64,000 nt of DNA from Polyangiales bacterium (GCA_038230375.1 JBBRNJ010000013.1:70577-134576), one strand, 5' to 3'. Counted from the first letter of the stretch, positions 36,539-46,670 are shown. Translations and numbers: made by a program. Notes: a model not told the origin generated them from the sequence alone.

Positions 36539-37531
36539 CTACGAGAGGGCGCTGGCGAGCTGCTCGATCGGGCAAGTGTTCGTGATCGCACCACTCGTGA
36601 TCGCCGAGTGTGGCGCCTCACGAAGTGCACTATGCACCGGGACGGCCTCCGCGTAGGTGCGAGCCCCTTCGAGGCGAAGTGCGAGCAGCCCCTCCACGCC
36701 GTCAGTTCCCACACCCCCGAGCAACACGCCAACGCCCTTGCTGCGATGAACGCGCGCGAGGGAATGGAAGAGACCAGACGCGGAGAACGAGCCCGCCGCA
36801 CTTTGCACGCCGAGCGGGCTCACGAACTCAACGGGTTGGTGGTGCGCAAGGATGATGCATCCGGGCGTGAGCGAGATGCGCTCACCCTCGAATGGTCGAA
36901 CCTCGCACTTGCACGCGCCCGCGAGGTATCGCGTGAGCGACGGCCCAAGCTCTGGAACCACGTAGTAGTGCAGCAGCATCGGGAACCGGAGCTGCGCTGG
37001 CAGTCGGCTCACGAGTGACACGATCGAGGGCAGACCGCCCGGGCCGGCCGCCACCACGACGACCTCGGTGTCGGGGTCCGCCGGCGGAGGCGCGGTGATG
37101 CGGCTGTCGTGCTCGGTGAACTGAAAGACGGGTACGTGCGAGAGCGAGCGCACGAGCGCGCGCAGCGAGGAGCCAGAGTCCGCGTCGGTGAGCGCGGGCT
37201 TCGTGACGATCTCCATGGCACCGCGCTCGATCGCGCTGAACGCAAGCGGAGTGTCGTGTATGGGCTCGCTCGTCACGACGACGATGGGCACCGGGCACCG
37301 CGCCATGATCTGCTCCACGGCCTCCAGGCCGCTCTTTCCGGGCATCTCCACATCCATGGTGACGACGTCGGGCCGGAGCTCTTCGACCAGACGCGCCGCG
37401 GAAAAGGCATCGCGCCCTTCGCCCACGACGACGATGTCGTTTTCGCCCTCGAGAACGATCTTCAGGACCTCGCGCGCGACCTCCGAGTCGTCGACGATCA
37501 AGACGCGGACCGGTGCCCTTTGGTCAGCCAT
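36539..37531 (-). CDS. cheB: CheB-like protein (intact REC + degenerate methylesterase domain)
   Basis: VDDS...MDVEMP...KP receiver; AAGPGG in place of GASTGG; LLGGVGTDG. Confidence 0.8.
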   Translation of the reverse strand: MADQRAPVRVLIVDDSEVAREVLKIVLEGENDIVVVGEGRDAFSAARLVEELRPDVVTMDVEMPGKSGLEAVEQIMARCPVPIVVVTSEPIHDTPLAFSAIERGAMEIVTKPALTDADSGSSLRALVRSLSHVPVFQFTEHDSRITAPPPADPDTEVVVVAAGPGGLPSIVSLVSRLPAQLRFPMLLHYYVVPELGPSLTRYLAGACKCEVRPFEGERISLTPGCIILAHHQPVEFVSPLGVQSAAGSFSASGLFHSLARVHRSKGVGVLLGGVGTDGVEGLLALRLEGARTYAEAVPVHSALREAPHSAITSGAITNTCPIEQLASALS

Positions 37532-37536
37532 CCGGG

Positions 37537-37917
37537 TCAGCTCTCGATCGTGATGATGTCCGCCGCGAAGCACTTCAGCGCGTGAAGGCTGCGGCGCTGC
37601 CAGAGCAGCTCGTTGTTGGACTTGAGGCGGATCCGGAAGCGGGCGTCGTCGGCCAGGCCTCGCACGCGCTCGACCCATGCGACGAGGACGGTGAAGCAGG
37701 ACGAGTTCATGAAGGTCACCTTCCGCACGTCCAGGACGACGTCCTTCGGCTTTCCTGTGGCCGCGTGCGTGTCGAGCCGCTTCAGCAGGACCTCGAGCGC
37801 GGCGATCGCGGCGGCGTCTGCCTCTCCCGCGAGAACAAACAGCATGGTCGAGCCCTCCTTGGTGAACTTGGAGGAGAACGTCCCGACGTCGATGCTGAGA
37901 TCAGCTTCGGAGCTCAT
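37537..37917 (-). CDS. STAS/SiaC-like protein (paralog 2)
   Basis: VTFMNSSCF...WQRRSLHALKCFA; GGAGG RBS. Confidence 0.75.
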   Translation of the reverse strand: MSSEADLSIDVGTFSSKFTKEGSTMLFVLAGEADAAAIAALEVLLKRLDTHAATGKPKDVVLDVRKVTFMNSSCFTVLVAWVERVRGLADDARFRIRLKSNNELLWQRRSLHALKCFAADIITIES

Positions 37918-38419
37918 TTGCCCCTCCAGTTGCGCCAACGTCGAGCGCGCGCGCGGTGATGCAAACCTGTCCCTCGACCACCTCGCAGGCGATCGACATG
38001 TCGGCCTCGGCGCGGATCCGGGCCAGTCCGAGGCCGGAGCCGTCGTCCTTGCGCACGGCGCTCTTCGCCATCAGCGACTGATAGAACGCAAACGGGTCGT
38101 TCGCTTCTTGCGATGCACGAACGGTCGCTTCGACGATCGCCTCGTTTCCCTTGGTCGTCTGATTCCAGGTCTGGATGCAGACCTCCATGGGACGCTTCGT
38201 GTGCGCGACCTCGATCCGCAACACTGTCTCGCCGTCGGAGGCGTACTTGACGGCGTTCTCGAGGAGCTCGTGTGTCGCCAGAGCCATGCGCTGTGTGACC
38301 TCGTCGTCGTCGAGCACGCGTTCATAGAACGCAGTGACGAATCTCCGTACGACCGACACGAGCTGGATGTTCGGTCTGAAACGAAGCTCGAAGAAAGCGG
38401 TGTCCCCTCCGGTTGCCAT
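37901..38419 (-). CDS. GHKL anti-sigma/SiaB-like Ser kinase (paralog 2)
   Basis: FELRFRPN, HELLENAVKY, GSGLGLARI. Confidence 0.8.
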   Translation of the reverse strand: MATGGDTAFFELRFRPNIQLVSVVRRFVTAFYERVLDDDEVTQRMALATHELLENAVKYASDGETVLRIEVAHTKRPMEVCIQTWNQTTKGNEAIVEATVRASQEANDPFAFYQSLMAKSAVRKDDGSGLGLARIRAEADMSIACEVVEGQVCITARALDVGATGGANELRS

Positions 38420-38532
38420 ACACGCAGCCTATCGAGGCCCCGCCGACGTTGTGAGGCAAACATCACGAAGGGTGACGAAAACCGAATTCGTCTTCCCGGT
38501 CCAGCCGGTGAGCTACAATTTCGACCAGTCTC

Positions 38533-39888
38533 GTGGGGAAGACGAAAACCTCCATCTCGTGGTTTGGATGGCTCGCCGTAGCGCTCCCGCTCGGTGGCGC
38601 CGCGGCATGTGGTTCGGAGAGCCCCACCGTCGACGGATTCTCGCCCGGGGAGCTCCGCACCATGGACGGTCTTTCACCGCTTCCCGTCGTGCCTCCTGAC
38701 CCATCGAACAAGTACGCGGACGATCCCCACGCGGCCACGCTCGGCCAGCGCCTGTTCTTCGACCCCGGCTATTCGGGCGCGCTCGTCGTGGGGAACGACG
38801 GGCAAAACGGCGCGCTGGGTGCCGTGGGCCAGAGCGGCAAGGTGTCGTGCGCGAGCTGCCACGTGCCTGCAGCGACCTTCCAGGACAATCGCTCGAATCC
38901 AAGCCTCACGTCGCTCGGTGTTGACTGGACCAAGCGCAACACGCCGTCCATCATCAACGCGACCTTCTACAACTGGTATTTCTGGGACGGCCGCGCAGAC
39001 GCGATGTGGGTGCAGGCGCAGGGTCCGAGCGAGGCGCCGCGAGAGATGGGTGGCGACCGGCTGAAGATCGCGCACATGATCTTCACGAAGTATCGCGCCG
39101 ACTACGAGGCGATCTTCGGTCCGCTCGATCTCGCGCTCGACCCCGCATCGCCGATGGCCGCTCGCTTTCCCGCTTCGGCAATACCCAAGGCCACGGCGTC
39201 CTCACCGAACGGCGCGTGGGAGAAGATGACGCCGGCGGATCAGGACGCTGCCTCCACCATCTTCGTGAATTTCGGAAAGGCCCTCGAGGCGTACGAGCGC
39301 TTGCTCGTGAGTAGGAACTCACCCTTCGATCGCTACGTGGCCGGTGACCACACTGCCCTTTCGGCCAGCGCGAAGCGCGGGCTCAAGCTGTTCATCGGCA
39401 AGGCCGCATGCAGCGCGTGCCACAACACGCCGCTGCTCAGCGACAACGACTTCCACGTGACCGGTGTACATCAAGGCGGGCCGCACATTCCTGCGGAAGA
39501 TCTCGGCCGCTCGGCCGGCATCGACCAGGTCCTCGGAAACCCCCTCAACACCGGCAGCAAGTTCAGCGATGGCAAGTCGCCGGCCGACCTGACCACCGTG
39601 AGAGACGGAACGGACAGGACAGGCGCCTTCCGCACCAAGCACCTCCGCGAGGTCGCGCAGACGGGCCCGTACATGCACGACGGTCAGCTCGCAACGCTGG
39701 CCGACGTCGTCGACTTCTACAATCGCGGCGGCGAAACGACCGGGTTCGCAGGCCAGAAGGATCCGCGCATGGTCCCGCTGAATCTCACGCCAGAGGAGCA
39801 GGCTGACTTGGTCAGCTTCCTCGAGGCACTGACCGGAGAGCCCGTGCCCGCACCGCTGCTCGTGGACACCTCTCGTGCCTCGCTCTGA
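38533..39888 (+). CDS. Diheme cytochrome c peroxidase/MauG-family lipoprotein
   Basis: LGQRLFFD, CASCH, RNTPS, FWDGRA, CSACH, GPYMHDG; lipobox AAAC. Confidence 0.9.
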   Translation: MGKTKTSISWFGWLAVALPLGGAAACGSESPTVDGFSPGELRTMDGLSPLPVVPPDPSNKYADDPHAATLGQRLFFDPGYSGALVVGNDGQNGALGAVGQSGKVSCASCHVPAATFQDNRSNPSLTSLGVDWTKRNTPSIINATFYNWYFWDGRADAMWVQAQGPSEAPREMGGDRLKIAHMIFTKYRADYEAIFGPLDLALDPASPMAARFPASAIPKATASSPNGAWEKMTPADQDAASTIFVNFGKALEAYERLLVSRNSPFDRYVAGDHTALSASAKRGLKLFIGKAACSACHNTPLLSDNDFHVTGVHQGGPHIPAEDLGRSAGIDQVLGNPLNTGSKFSDGKSPADLTTVRDGTDRTGAFRTKHLREVAQTGPYMHDGQLATLADVVDFYNRGGETTGFAGQKDPRMVPLNLTPEEQADLVSFLEALTGEPVPAPLLVDTSRASL

Positions 39889-41389
39889 ACGAAGCCATGC
39901 GGCATGTCTGCTCGCCGCATCGATCGCGGCCGTGCTCGCGACCGCCCTGTGCTCCACGATCGCTGCGGCCCAGGAAAAACAGGCCGATCCGCCGTCGGCG
40001 AACGCGCCGCCGCCCGCGACGTCGACGCAAACAGCAAACCCCGAGCCCGCTCCAGCGGTCACACCCAGTCCCGCAGATGACACCAAGCGCAGGCTGGACG
40101 AGCTGGAGCGCCAGAATGCGAAGCTCCGCGACGAGCTCGAGCAGCTCAAGGAGGATCACGCGTTCGTGGAGAAGCGCGTCGAGCAGCTGATGCCCGTGAA
40201 GGACAAGATCACGGGCTACCTGGACTTCGGATTCTTCTACGTGCAAGGCAACGGCTCGGGCATCCGCAACGACACCGGCTTCGACCACTTCCCCGAGTAC
40301 CGCGGCGTCGTCCCCGAGCAATGGGTCTTCATGGGCGACCCGCTCTCCACCGCGATCAACAGCCGCGGCGAGCCACCCGCGCTCGGTGGGTCGCGTGCGA
40401 TCACCTTCGATCCGATCAAGAACGGCGGCCAGCCGTCGTTCATCATGAACTCGCTGAACCTCTCGCTCCTCCACGGCATCGGCACCACCGTGACGCTGAA
40501 CGCCGCGGTCGACTTCGTGCCGCGCGGGCGGAACCCCTCGGACTCGAGCCAGGTCGGCCTTGGCGACTACATCGACGCAAAGCTCGGCTACGCCGAGTGG
40601 AAGCCGACAGCGACCGAGCAGTACGGACTCGCGCTCTCCGCCGGCAAGTTCGATTCGGTCCTTGGCATCGAGTATCGGAACCAGGACGCGCCCGATCGCA
40701 TGGGCGTCGCGCCGTCGCTCATCTGTCGCTACACGTGCGGTCGTCCGCTGGGGCTGAAGGCGCGCGCCAAGTTCCTGGACGAACGGCTCATCGCGGCGCT
40801 CAGCATCACGAACGGCAGCAACTTCGTCGAGATGTTTCCCTTCTACGACGAGATCGATCACAACGCGATCAAGACGGTCTCTGGCCGTGTGTCGTATCGG
40901 ATCCCGATCGCCGGACAGGGCATCGAGGTCGGTACGTCGGGGGCGTACGGGGCTCAGGACCTCCAGACCGACAACAGCGTCTCCCAGTGGCACTTCGGGT
41001 TCGATGCGCGCGTTGACTACAAGGACCTCGATGTGCGCGCGGAGTTCGTCCAGGGCAAGGCGCAGGGTAAGACCGACGACAGCGGCGGAAACATTGCGCC
41101 GTGCAACGTGGCGCCATGCCTCAAATACAAGGGCGCCTACGGGTTGGTCGGGTACCGGCTCTTCAACTGGCTCACCCCCTACAGCCGCGTCGATTGGCGA
41201 GATGCGCTCCATCAAAGCGGCGCAAGCTTCGTCTATATTTCACAGTTGATGCGGGTGACCGCGGGCCTGCGGTTCGAGATCGGAACGAACGTCATCGTGA
41301 AAACTGAGTACACTCTCATCCAGGAGCTGGGGCGCGTGCCGAACTTCCCGGATGACGTATTCACCAGCTCGATGGTCGTGAAGTTCTGA
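39875..41389 (+). CDS. Outer-membrane beta-barrel porin with N-terminal coiled coil
   Basis: Signal peptide, coiled coil, AGKFDSVLGIEY, terminal Phe (VVKF). Confidence 0.75.
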   Translation: MPRSERSHAACLLAASIAAVLATALCSTIAAAQEKQADPPSANAPPPATSTQTANPEPAPAVTPSPADDTKRRLDELERQNAKLRDELEQLKEDHAFVEKRVEQLMPVKDKITGYLDFGFFYVQGNGSGIRNDTGFDHFPEYRGVVPEQWVFMGDPLSTAINSRGEPPALGGSRAITFDPIKNGGQPSFIMNSLNLSLLHGIGTTVTLNAAVDFVPRGRNPSDSSQVGLGDYIDAKLGYAEWKPTATEQYGLALSAGKFDSVLGIEYRNQDAPDRMGVAPSLICRYTCGRPLGLKARAKFLDERLIAALSITNGSNFVEMFPFYDEIDHNAIKTVSGRVSYRIPIAGQGIEVGTSGAYGAQDLQTDNSVSQWHFGFDARVDYKDLDVRAEFVQGKAQGKTDDSGGNIAPCNVAPCLKYKGAYGLVGYRLFNWLTPYSRVDWRDALHQSGASFVYISQLMRVTAGLRFEIGTNVIVKTEYTLIQELGRVPNFPDDVFTSSMVVKF

Positions 41390-41403
41390 GCGGAGGTGTC
41401 GGC

Positions 41404-42105
41404 GTGTTGAGCGATCGCTTAGTCCGAAAGGTCCGTGGCACCCGGGGCGCACTCCTCGGTGCGCTGGCGCTCCTCTTGCTATCGGCTGACGCCTACTCTG
41501 GGCCTGCCGGCACCGTCGTCGGCACGATCGAGGTGCAGCAAGCGGATGGTGCGGCCAAGGCCGATCGCTCTGGCATCGCCGTCTATCTGGAGCTGCCGGA
41601 GAGCGCCCCGCGCCCCGCGCCCACGTCGCGGATCGCTATCAAGCAGCGCGATCTCGCGTTTGATCCCGGATTCAACGTGGTGGCCAAGGGGACCGCGATC
41701 GACTTCCCGAACGAGGACAAGGTCTTTCACAACGTCTTCTCGCTCTCACAGCCGTCACGCTTCGACCTGGGGCTGTACAAGTCCGGCGAGAGCAAGGCGG
41801 TCACGTTCAACCGTCCCGGCGTCGTGGACATCTACTGCAACATTCATCCGCAGATGGTCGCGAAGGTCCTCGTCGTGGACACGCAGTTCTTCGGGCTCAC
41901 CGCCCGCGACGGGACCTTTCGCATCACCAACGTGTCGCCCGGTACCTACCCGGTCATCGCCTGGGAGCGAAACGGCGGCAAGCAGAGCGGCCAGGTGATC
42001 GTCGAAGAGGGGAAGACCGCGACCGTCCGGATGACACTGAGAGAGAGCCGGGCAAACAGCCCGCACGTCCGCAAGGACGGAACGCCCTATGGGCGCTACC
42101 AGTGA
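41404..42105 (+). CDS. Cupredoxin-domain exported protein ('methylamine utilisation protein'-like)
   Basis: FPNED...HNVFS...YCNIHPQM (His/Cys/His/Met type-1 Cu site); GTF..VSPGTY Ig-like domain. Confidence 0.85.
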   Translation: MLSDRLVRKVRGTRGALLGALALLLLSADAYSGPAGTVVGTIEVQQADGAAKADRSGIAVYLELPESAPRPAPTSRIAIKQRDLAFDPGFNVVAKGTAIDFPNEDKVFHNVFSLSQPSRFDLGLYKSGESKAVTFNRPGVVDIYCNIHPQMVAKVLVVDTQFFGLTARDGTFRITNVSPGTYPVIAWERNGGKQSGQVIVEEGKTATVRMTLRESRANSPHVRKDGTPYGRYQ

Positions 42106-42123
42106 CGAGCCCGTGAAGACGGC

Positions 42124-43392
42124 GTGAAGGGGTCCTCTCGTGAGCTCCGCGTGCGATCCTTCGGTGTGATCTCGATCGCGCTCGCGGCTGCGTTGTCGTG
42201 TACCAAGCCCGGGCCCACGCAGGGCATCACCGCGGATGCGGGCGCGCCTGCTTCCAATGGAGTGCATGCTGCGCCTGCGAGCACTCTCTTCGGAACGTCG
42301 GCGCATCGCTGCGGCGAGTGCCACGGCAAACTCGAGGACGAGTGGCGCGAGTCGGCGCACGCACATGCCGACCAGGGCGCGCTCTATCGTGCGATGCGCA
42401 CTCCGCAGCGCGCTGCCGAATGCGACAGGTGCCATGCGCCCCTTCGCGGTCGCGTCGCTACAGAAGATGTCGTCCCCGATGAAGGCGTGACGTGCGACGC
42501 TTGCCACACCATGCGTGATGCACAGGAGTCACGAGACGGCGGCGCATTCGACCTGCGGCTCCATGACAACGTGAAGTACGGCCCGCTCTGCGACGCCAAG
42601 GATCACTACTTCCACAAGGTCGGCTGCTCACCCATGCACGGCGAAGCACGTCAGTGCGCGGCCTGTCACATGCTCTACCTTCCCGCGAACGACGCGCGGG
42701 CAGAGATCCCTGTCTTCACCGAGTTCGACGAGTGGCGCGCCAGCACCTACGGCGCCACGGGCCTCCCCTGCCAGGACTGCCACATGCCCGGCACCTCTGG
42801 TGAGGTCGCGGTCGGCGCCAGCAAGCGACCGCTGGTCTCGTATCACGGGTTCTCTGGCTCGCCGCAGACCCATGGCGGAGACGGGGGTGACGCTGGCGCC
42901 GCGAAGGGACCGATCGCGTGGCAGGCAACAGCCCGCGCAGAGGGGGACGGCATCAAGGTCGACGTCACGCTGCACAACGAAGGCGCCGCACACGCGCTCC
43001 CCACTGGCATGCCCGGTCGGCGCATCGTCCTTCGTGTCAGCTCGCAGAACAAGGACGGAGCGGTGACGGCGAAGAGCGAACGCGAGTTTGCGCGCGTCCT
43101 CGTCGACGCGAGCGGCACCGAGGTCCCGTTCTACGAGGCCGTTCGCGTCGATCACGACAGTCGACTGACCGCCAACGAGACCCGCAAGGAGACGTTCGAT
43201 CTTGCCGTGGATCCGCAGGCCGGCGAGGTCCACATCGAGCTCCTGCGTCGCGAGGTCGGGACCGCGGTGAGAGAGCGTCTGAAGGTCGCTGCCTCTCCGG
43301 AGATCCGGATCGCCGACATACACATCTCCTTCGGCGCGAAGGCAGCCGGCGCGGGCCGCGGCCTTCCCAAGAGCATGAAGAGCACACGATGA
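42124..43392 (+). CDS. Pentaheme c-type cytochrome lipoprotein (c554-like)
   Basis: Five CxxCH: CGECH, CDRCH, CDACH, CAACH, CQDCH; HALPTG; lipobox ALSC. Confidence 0.9.
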   Translation: MKGSSRELRVRSFGVISIALAAALSCTKPGPTQGITADAGAPASNGVHAAPASTLFGTSAHRCGECHGKLEDEWRESAHAHADQGALYRAMRTPQRAAECDRCHAPLRGRVATEDVVPDEGVTCDACHTMRDAQESRDGGAFDLRLHDNVKYGPLCDAKDHYFHKVGCSPMHGEARQCAACHMLYLPANDARAEIPVFTEFDEWRASTYGATGLPCQDCHMPGTSGEVAVGASKRPLVSYHGFSGSPQTHGGDGGDAGAAKGPIAWQATARAEGDGIKVDVTLHNEGAAHALPTGMPGRRIVLRVSSQNKDGAVTAKSEREFARVLVDASGTEVPFYEAVRVDHDSRLTANETRKETFDLAVDPQAGEVHIELLRREVGTAVRERLKVAASPEIRIADIHISFGAKAAGAGRGLPKSMKSTR

Positions 43393-45209
43393 ACTTCAAG
43401 TTCCGGAGCACGGTGATGCTCGGCATGCTGGCGGTCCTTGCGGGGGTGCTCGCAGCCACGGCGGGTGTCTTCACCGTGGTGCTCGACGGCAGCGCACGGC
43501 GCGATACGGCGGAGGAGCTGACGCGGACGCGGCGTGTGTTCGAGGATCTTCACGCATATCGCCAGAGCCTCCTGCGCGCCGAGGGCCGCGTCGTCTCCGA
43601 GGAGCCGCGTCTGAAGGCCGTCATCGCAACGGACTCGATCTCACACGAGACCGTCGTCGGAGTCGCGAACGAGCTCCGGCAAACGTTGCAGACGGATGTC
43701 TTCGTTCTCACCGACGAGAAGGCGCAGCTCGTGGTGGACGTCGCCAATCCCAAGGCTGAAGACGGCGACCTCTCCACCAACAAGCTCATCGCCGATGCGC
43801 TCAAGGAGGGGGAAGCGTCCGGCGTCTGGACAGAGGGCGACCGCGTCTATCAGATGCAGGCGCGCCGGCTAGCGTTCGGCGATACCGTTGTTGGCGTTCT
43901 TGCCACCGGGTATCGCTGGGACGATCGTGTCGCGCAGACGGTCGAGGCACAGACGGCGAGCGGCGTCTTCGTGTTGCTCGACGGGAAGCTCGTCGCGGGG
44001 TCGGGGCTCCAGCCGAACGCGCAGGGCATTGATCTTGCTGGCGCCGCCCGCGTGCTCGACGGCGTGCCGATGGGCGATGGCGTCGCCGAGATCCGACTCG
44101 AAGACGTGACGTACATCGCATCGCGCGCCCCCTTGCCCGGCTACCAGGGAAAAGGCCACGCTTCCTACGTCGTCGTACGGTCGCTGGACCGCGCGCTCGC
44201 GCCGGGCCGTCACCTGATACGCCTCCTCTACCTCATCATGGCGATCGCGGCCGCAGCCTCGATCGCGATCTCCGCGTTGCTCGCGCGCAGGTTGGCGCGC
44301 CCCCTGGACGATCTCGTCGGATTCACGCGCCGCATCGCGGGCGGCGCGACCACCCCGGCAACAGTGTCAGGTCCGCCAGAGATCCAGGCGCTCAGCACGG
44401 CAATGAACAACATGGTCTCCGAGCTTACGGCCTCTCGCAAGGAGGCGGGCAAGAAGGACCGGCTCGAGAAGGAGATGGAGATCGCCGCCCAGATCCAGAC
44501 GAGCATCCTGCCGCGGAAGCTGGAGGCCGTCGGCCTGGAGCTCGCGGGGCGGATGGTCACTGCGTCGGAGGTGGGTGGCGACTACTACGATGTCATCCCG
44601 ACCAAGGACGGTTGCTGGGTCGGCATCGGCGACGTCGCGGGCCACGGACTGACCGCTGGCCTCGTGATGATGATGCTCCAGAGCGTGGTGTCGGGCCTGT
44701 GCCGGGCCGTCGAGAGTCTCACGCCCGCGCGCGCCGTCACGCTCGCCAACGAGGTGCTCTACGACAACCTCCGGAACCGCCTCGAGAGCCGCGTGCACAT
44801 CACGCTCACGTTGCTGCGCTTCGAGAGCAATGGGCGTGTGGTCTTCGCGGGCGCGCACGAGGAGATGGTGCTGCTCCGCAAAGGCGCCGAGAAATGCGAG
44901 ATGATCGAAACACCAGGCACATGGGTCGGCGGCATGCAGGACGTGAGCGCCGTCACGACCAACAGCGAGCTCCAGCTGGGCGAGGGTGATCTACTTGTAC
45001 TCTACACCGATGGCGTCACCGAGGCCCGCGACGCGAAGCGCGCACAGTTCGGCCTCGAAGGCCTGTGCGCAGAGGTGGAACGGTCACGCACCGAGCCCGT
45101 TGCGGACATCCGCGATCGCCTGCTTTCCGCCGTGGAAAAATGGACCGTGGACCGCGACGACGACCTGACCATCGTGGTGCTGCGCCATCGCGCGACAACG
45201 ACCACCTAG
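43389..45209 (+). CDS. TM-Cache-TM-HAMP-PP2C/SpoIIE phosphatase (SiaA/RsbU-like)
   Basis: Two TMs flanking a ~240-aa periplasmic domain; HAMP (RPLDDL...EIQALSTAMN); GGDYYD, DVAGHG, YTDG, DDLT; ATGA overlap. Confidence 0.9.
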   Translation: MNFKFRSTVMLGMLAVLAGVLAATAGVFTVVLDGSARRDTAEELTRTRRVFEDLHAYRQSLLRAEGRVVSEEPRLKAVIATDSISHETVVGVANELRQTLQTDVFVLTDEKAQLVVDVANPKAEDGDLSTNKLIADALKEGEASGVWTEGDRVYQMQARRLAFGDTVVGVLATGYRWDDRVAQTVEAQTASGVFVLLDGKLVAGSGLQPNAQGIDLAGAARVLDGVPMGDGVAEIRLEDVTYIASRAPLPGYQGKGHASYVVVRSLDRALAPGRHLIRLLYLIMAIAAAASIAISALLARRLARPLDDLVGFTRRIAGGATTPATVSGPPEIQALSTAMNNMVSELTASRKEAGKKDRLEKEMEIAAQIQTSILPRKLEAVGLELAGRMVTASEVGGDYYDVIPTKDGCWVGIGDVAGHGLTAGLVMMMLQSVVSGLCRAVESLTPARAVTLANEVLYDNLRNRLESRVHITLTLLRFESNGRVVFAGAHEEMVLLRKGAEKCEMIETPGTWVGGMQDVSAVTTNSELQLGEGDLLVLYTDGVTEARDAKRAQFGLEGLCAEVERSRTEPVADIRDRLLSAVEKWTVDRDDDLTIVVLRHRATTTT

Positions 45210-45224
45210 TCACCACGCGGTTGG

Positions 45225-46670
45225 TCACTGGCGGCGGATGGCCAGGACGACGATGTCGTCGTCGGGCACGCGCGGCGAGATGTACGTGAGGAGGCGGTTG
45301 AGCACCGCGTTGGCGGGCGCCTTGGCAGCCGTGCTCTCGGACGCGATCGCCTGTCTCAGGTTCTCCTCGCCGAAGCGCGCGCCGTTGGCCGACATGGCCT
45401 CTTCCACGCCGTCCGTGAGCATGAAGATGGAGTCGCCGGGCTCTAGCTGCCCTTTCGTCTCCTCGAAGCGCGCGCCCACAGTCACGCCAAGGAACGAGCC
45501 GATGGTTCCCACTTCGCGCACGGCGCCGGCCGACGCGAGAAGCGGCAGTGGGTGCGCGCCGCTTGCAAGCTGGAACTCGCCGGACGACAGCTGTACGTCG
45601 ACCACGGCTGCCGTGAACACCAGGTCCAGGCTGCGGTAGCTGGAGACAATGCGATCGTTGAGATCCGACAACGCGCGAGCCGGACTCCACGCCTGGAGCT
45701 TGATGGCCTCGTATTCGCTCCGGATGAGGATGGTCGCGAGCGCGGCGCGGACGCCGTGGCCCGTCGCGTCGAACACGAGAGCGCGAACGCTCGATGCGAG
45801 CCGCACCACGTCGTAGAAATCGCCACCAACGCGATCGACAGGGCGAAAAGCAACGTCAACGTCGTAGCCCGACAGGGTCATCGCAGGCGGCAGCATCGCC
45901 TGCTGGAATGTGCGCGCGTCCTCGATGTCCGCTCTGAGCCGCTGGTCGCGCTCCTCCAGCTCTCGCTGCTGGGTGACGTCGCGCAGGAAGGCGAGCGCGC
46001 CCGTCCGTCCGCGGAGCGGCACGTCCACGGGGCTGACGCGTAGCTCGAGAAGGCGCCCGGCCACATGCGCACGCTCGACGCGCTCGTCTTCCTGGATGCC
46101 CTCGGGCAGACCCGCGCGGAGCGCTCGAACGACCTTGGGGAAGGCGCCCGGTGGGATGAGCGTCACAAGGTCGCGGCCCGCCACGGCGTTCTCGGTGAGC
46201 GCGATGCCGCGGTCGTTCGTCACGCGGAGGAGCTCGAAGAAGCGCGCGTTGTGCTGGACCAGGCAGTTCTGTGGATCGAGAAGCGCCACGCCGTCCACGC
46301 TGTGGCGCAGCATGCTGACAAAGTGGTGATCGCCCGCCGCGAGACGTGAGACGAGATCGCCCGGACCATCCAGCGCCTCCACGAGCATCTGCCACCCATC
46401 CGCGTCGGGGGCCAGACGGACTCGCGCCGGGATGTCGCGCCCATTGATGCGCAGGCCGACAGCCACGTCGATGGTCCCGCCGGTGTGGCGGTGAACGGCT
46501 GTGGAGAGGAGGAGCGCGCCCTTGCGATCGCGCGGGCTGACCAGGTCCTCGAGAGACACGCCAACTACGTCCGACTCCACGCATGCGAACCTGGCGTAAA
46601 ACGTCGCGTCGACATGCTTGATGACAAGGCGCTTGTCGAGGCGGAGCGCGGCCTGCCCGAACGCCGTCAA
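45225..46670 (-). CDS. PAS-PAS-PP2C/SpoIIE phosphatase
   Basis: DGVALLD...N..F..., RDVT PAS motifs; GGDFYD, DATGHG, TDG, DDI; TTG start overlapping the upstream TGA. Confidence 0.85.
   Translation of the reverse strand: MTAFGQAALRLDKRLVIKHVDATFYARFACVESDVVGVSLEDLVSPRDRKGALLLSTAVHRHTGGTIDVAVGLRINGRDIPARVRLAPDADGWQMLVEALDGPGDLVSRLAAGDHHFVSMLRHSVDGVALLDPQNCLVQHNARFFELLRVTNDRGIALTENAVAGRDLVTLIPPGAFPKVVRALRAGLPEGIQEDERVERAHVAGRLLELRVSPVDVPLRGRTGALAFLRDVTQQRELEERDQRLRADIEDARTFQQAMLPPAMTLSGYDVDVAFRPVDRVGGDFYDVVRLASSVRALVFDATGHGVRAALATILIRSEYEAIKLQAWSPARALSDLNDRIVSSYRSLDLVFTAAVVDVQLSSGEFQLASGAHPLPLLASAGAVREVGTIGSFLGVTVGARFEETKGQLEPGDSIFMLTDGVEEAMSANGARFGEENLRQAIASESTAAKAPANAVLNRLLTYISPRVPDDDIVVLAIRRQ

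Noticed and set aside
33926..37531. A conventional chemotaxis operon
   Set aside because: No MCP, CheW, CheR or CheY in the window, and the CheB catalytic residues appear lost.
38533..42105. Methylamine dehydrogenase (mau) or methanobactin (mbn) cluster
   Set aside because: No MauA/MauB, MbnA/B/C or MbnP-like gene was recognised; only generic family similarity.
42918..43388. N-terminal extensions in the ORF track (42918, 5234, 49992, 50840, 35608, 61161 etc.)
   Set aside because: They overlap neighbouring real genes; internal starts with ATGA/GTGA coupling, an RBS or a -10 box fit better.
35467..45209. A canonical SiaABCD or sigmaB/Rsb locus
   Set aside because: Triad-like parts are present but no GGDEF cyclase or sigmaB/F gene; sia/rsb symbols were not assigned without an HMM search.
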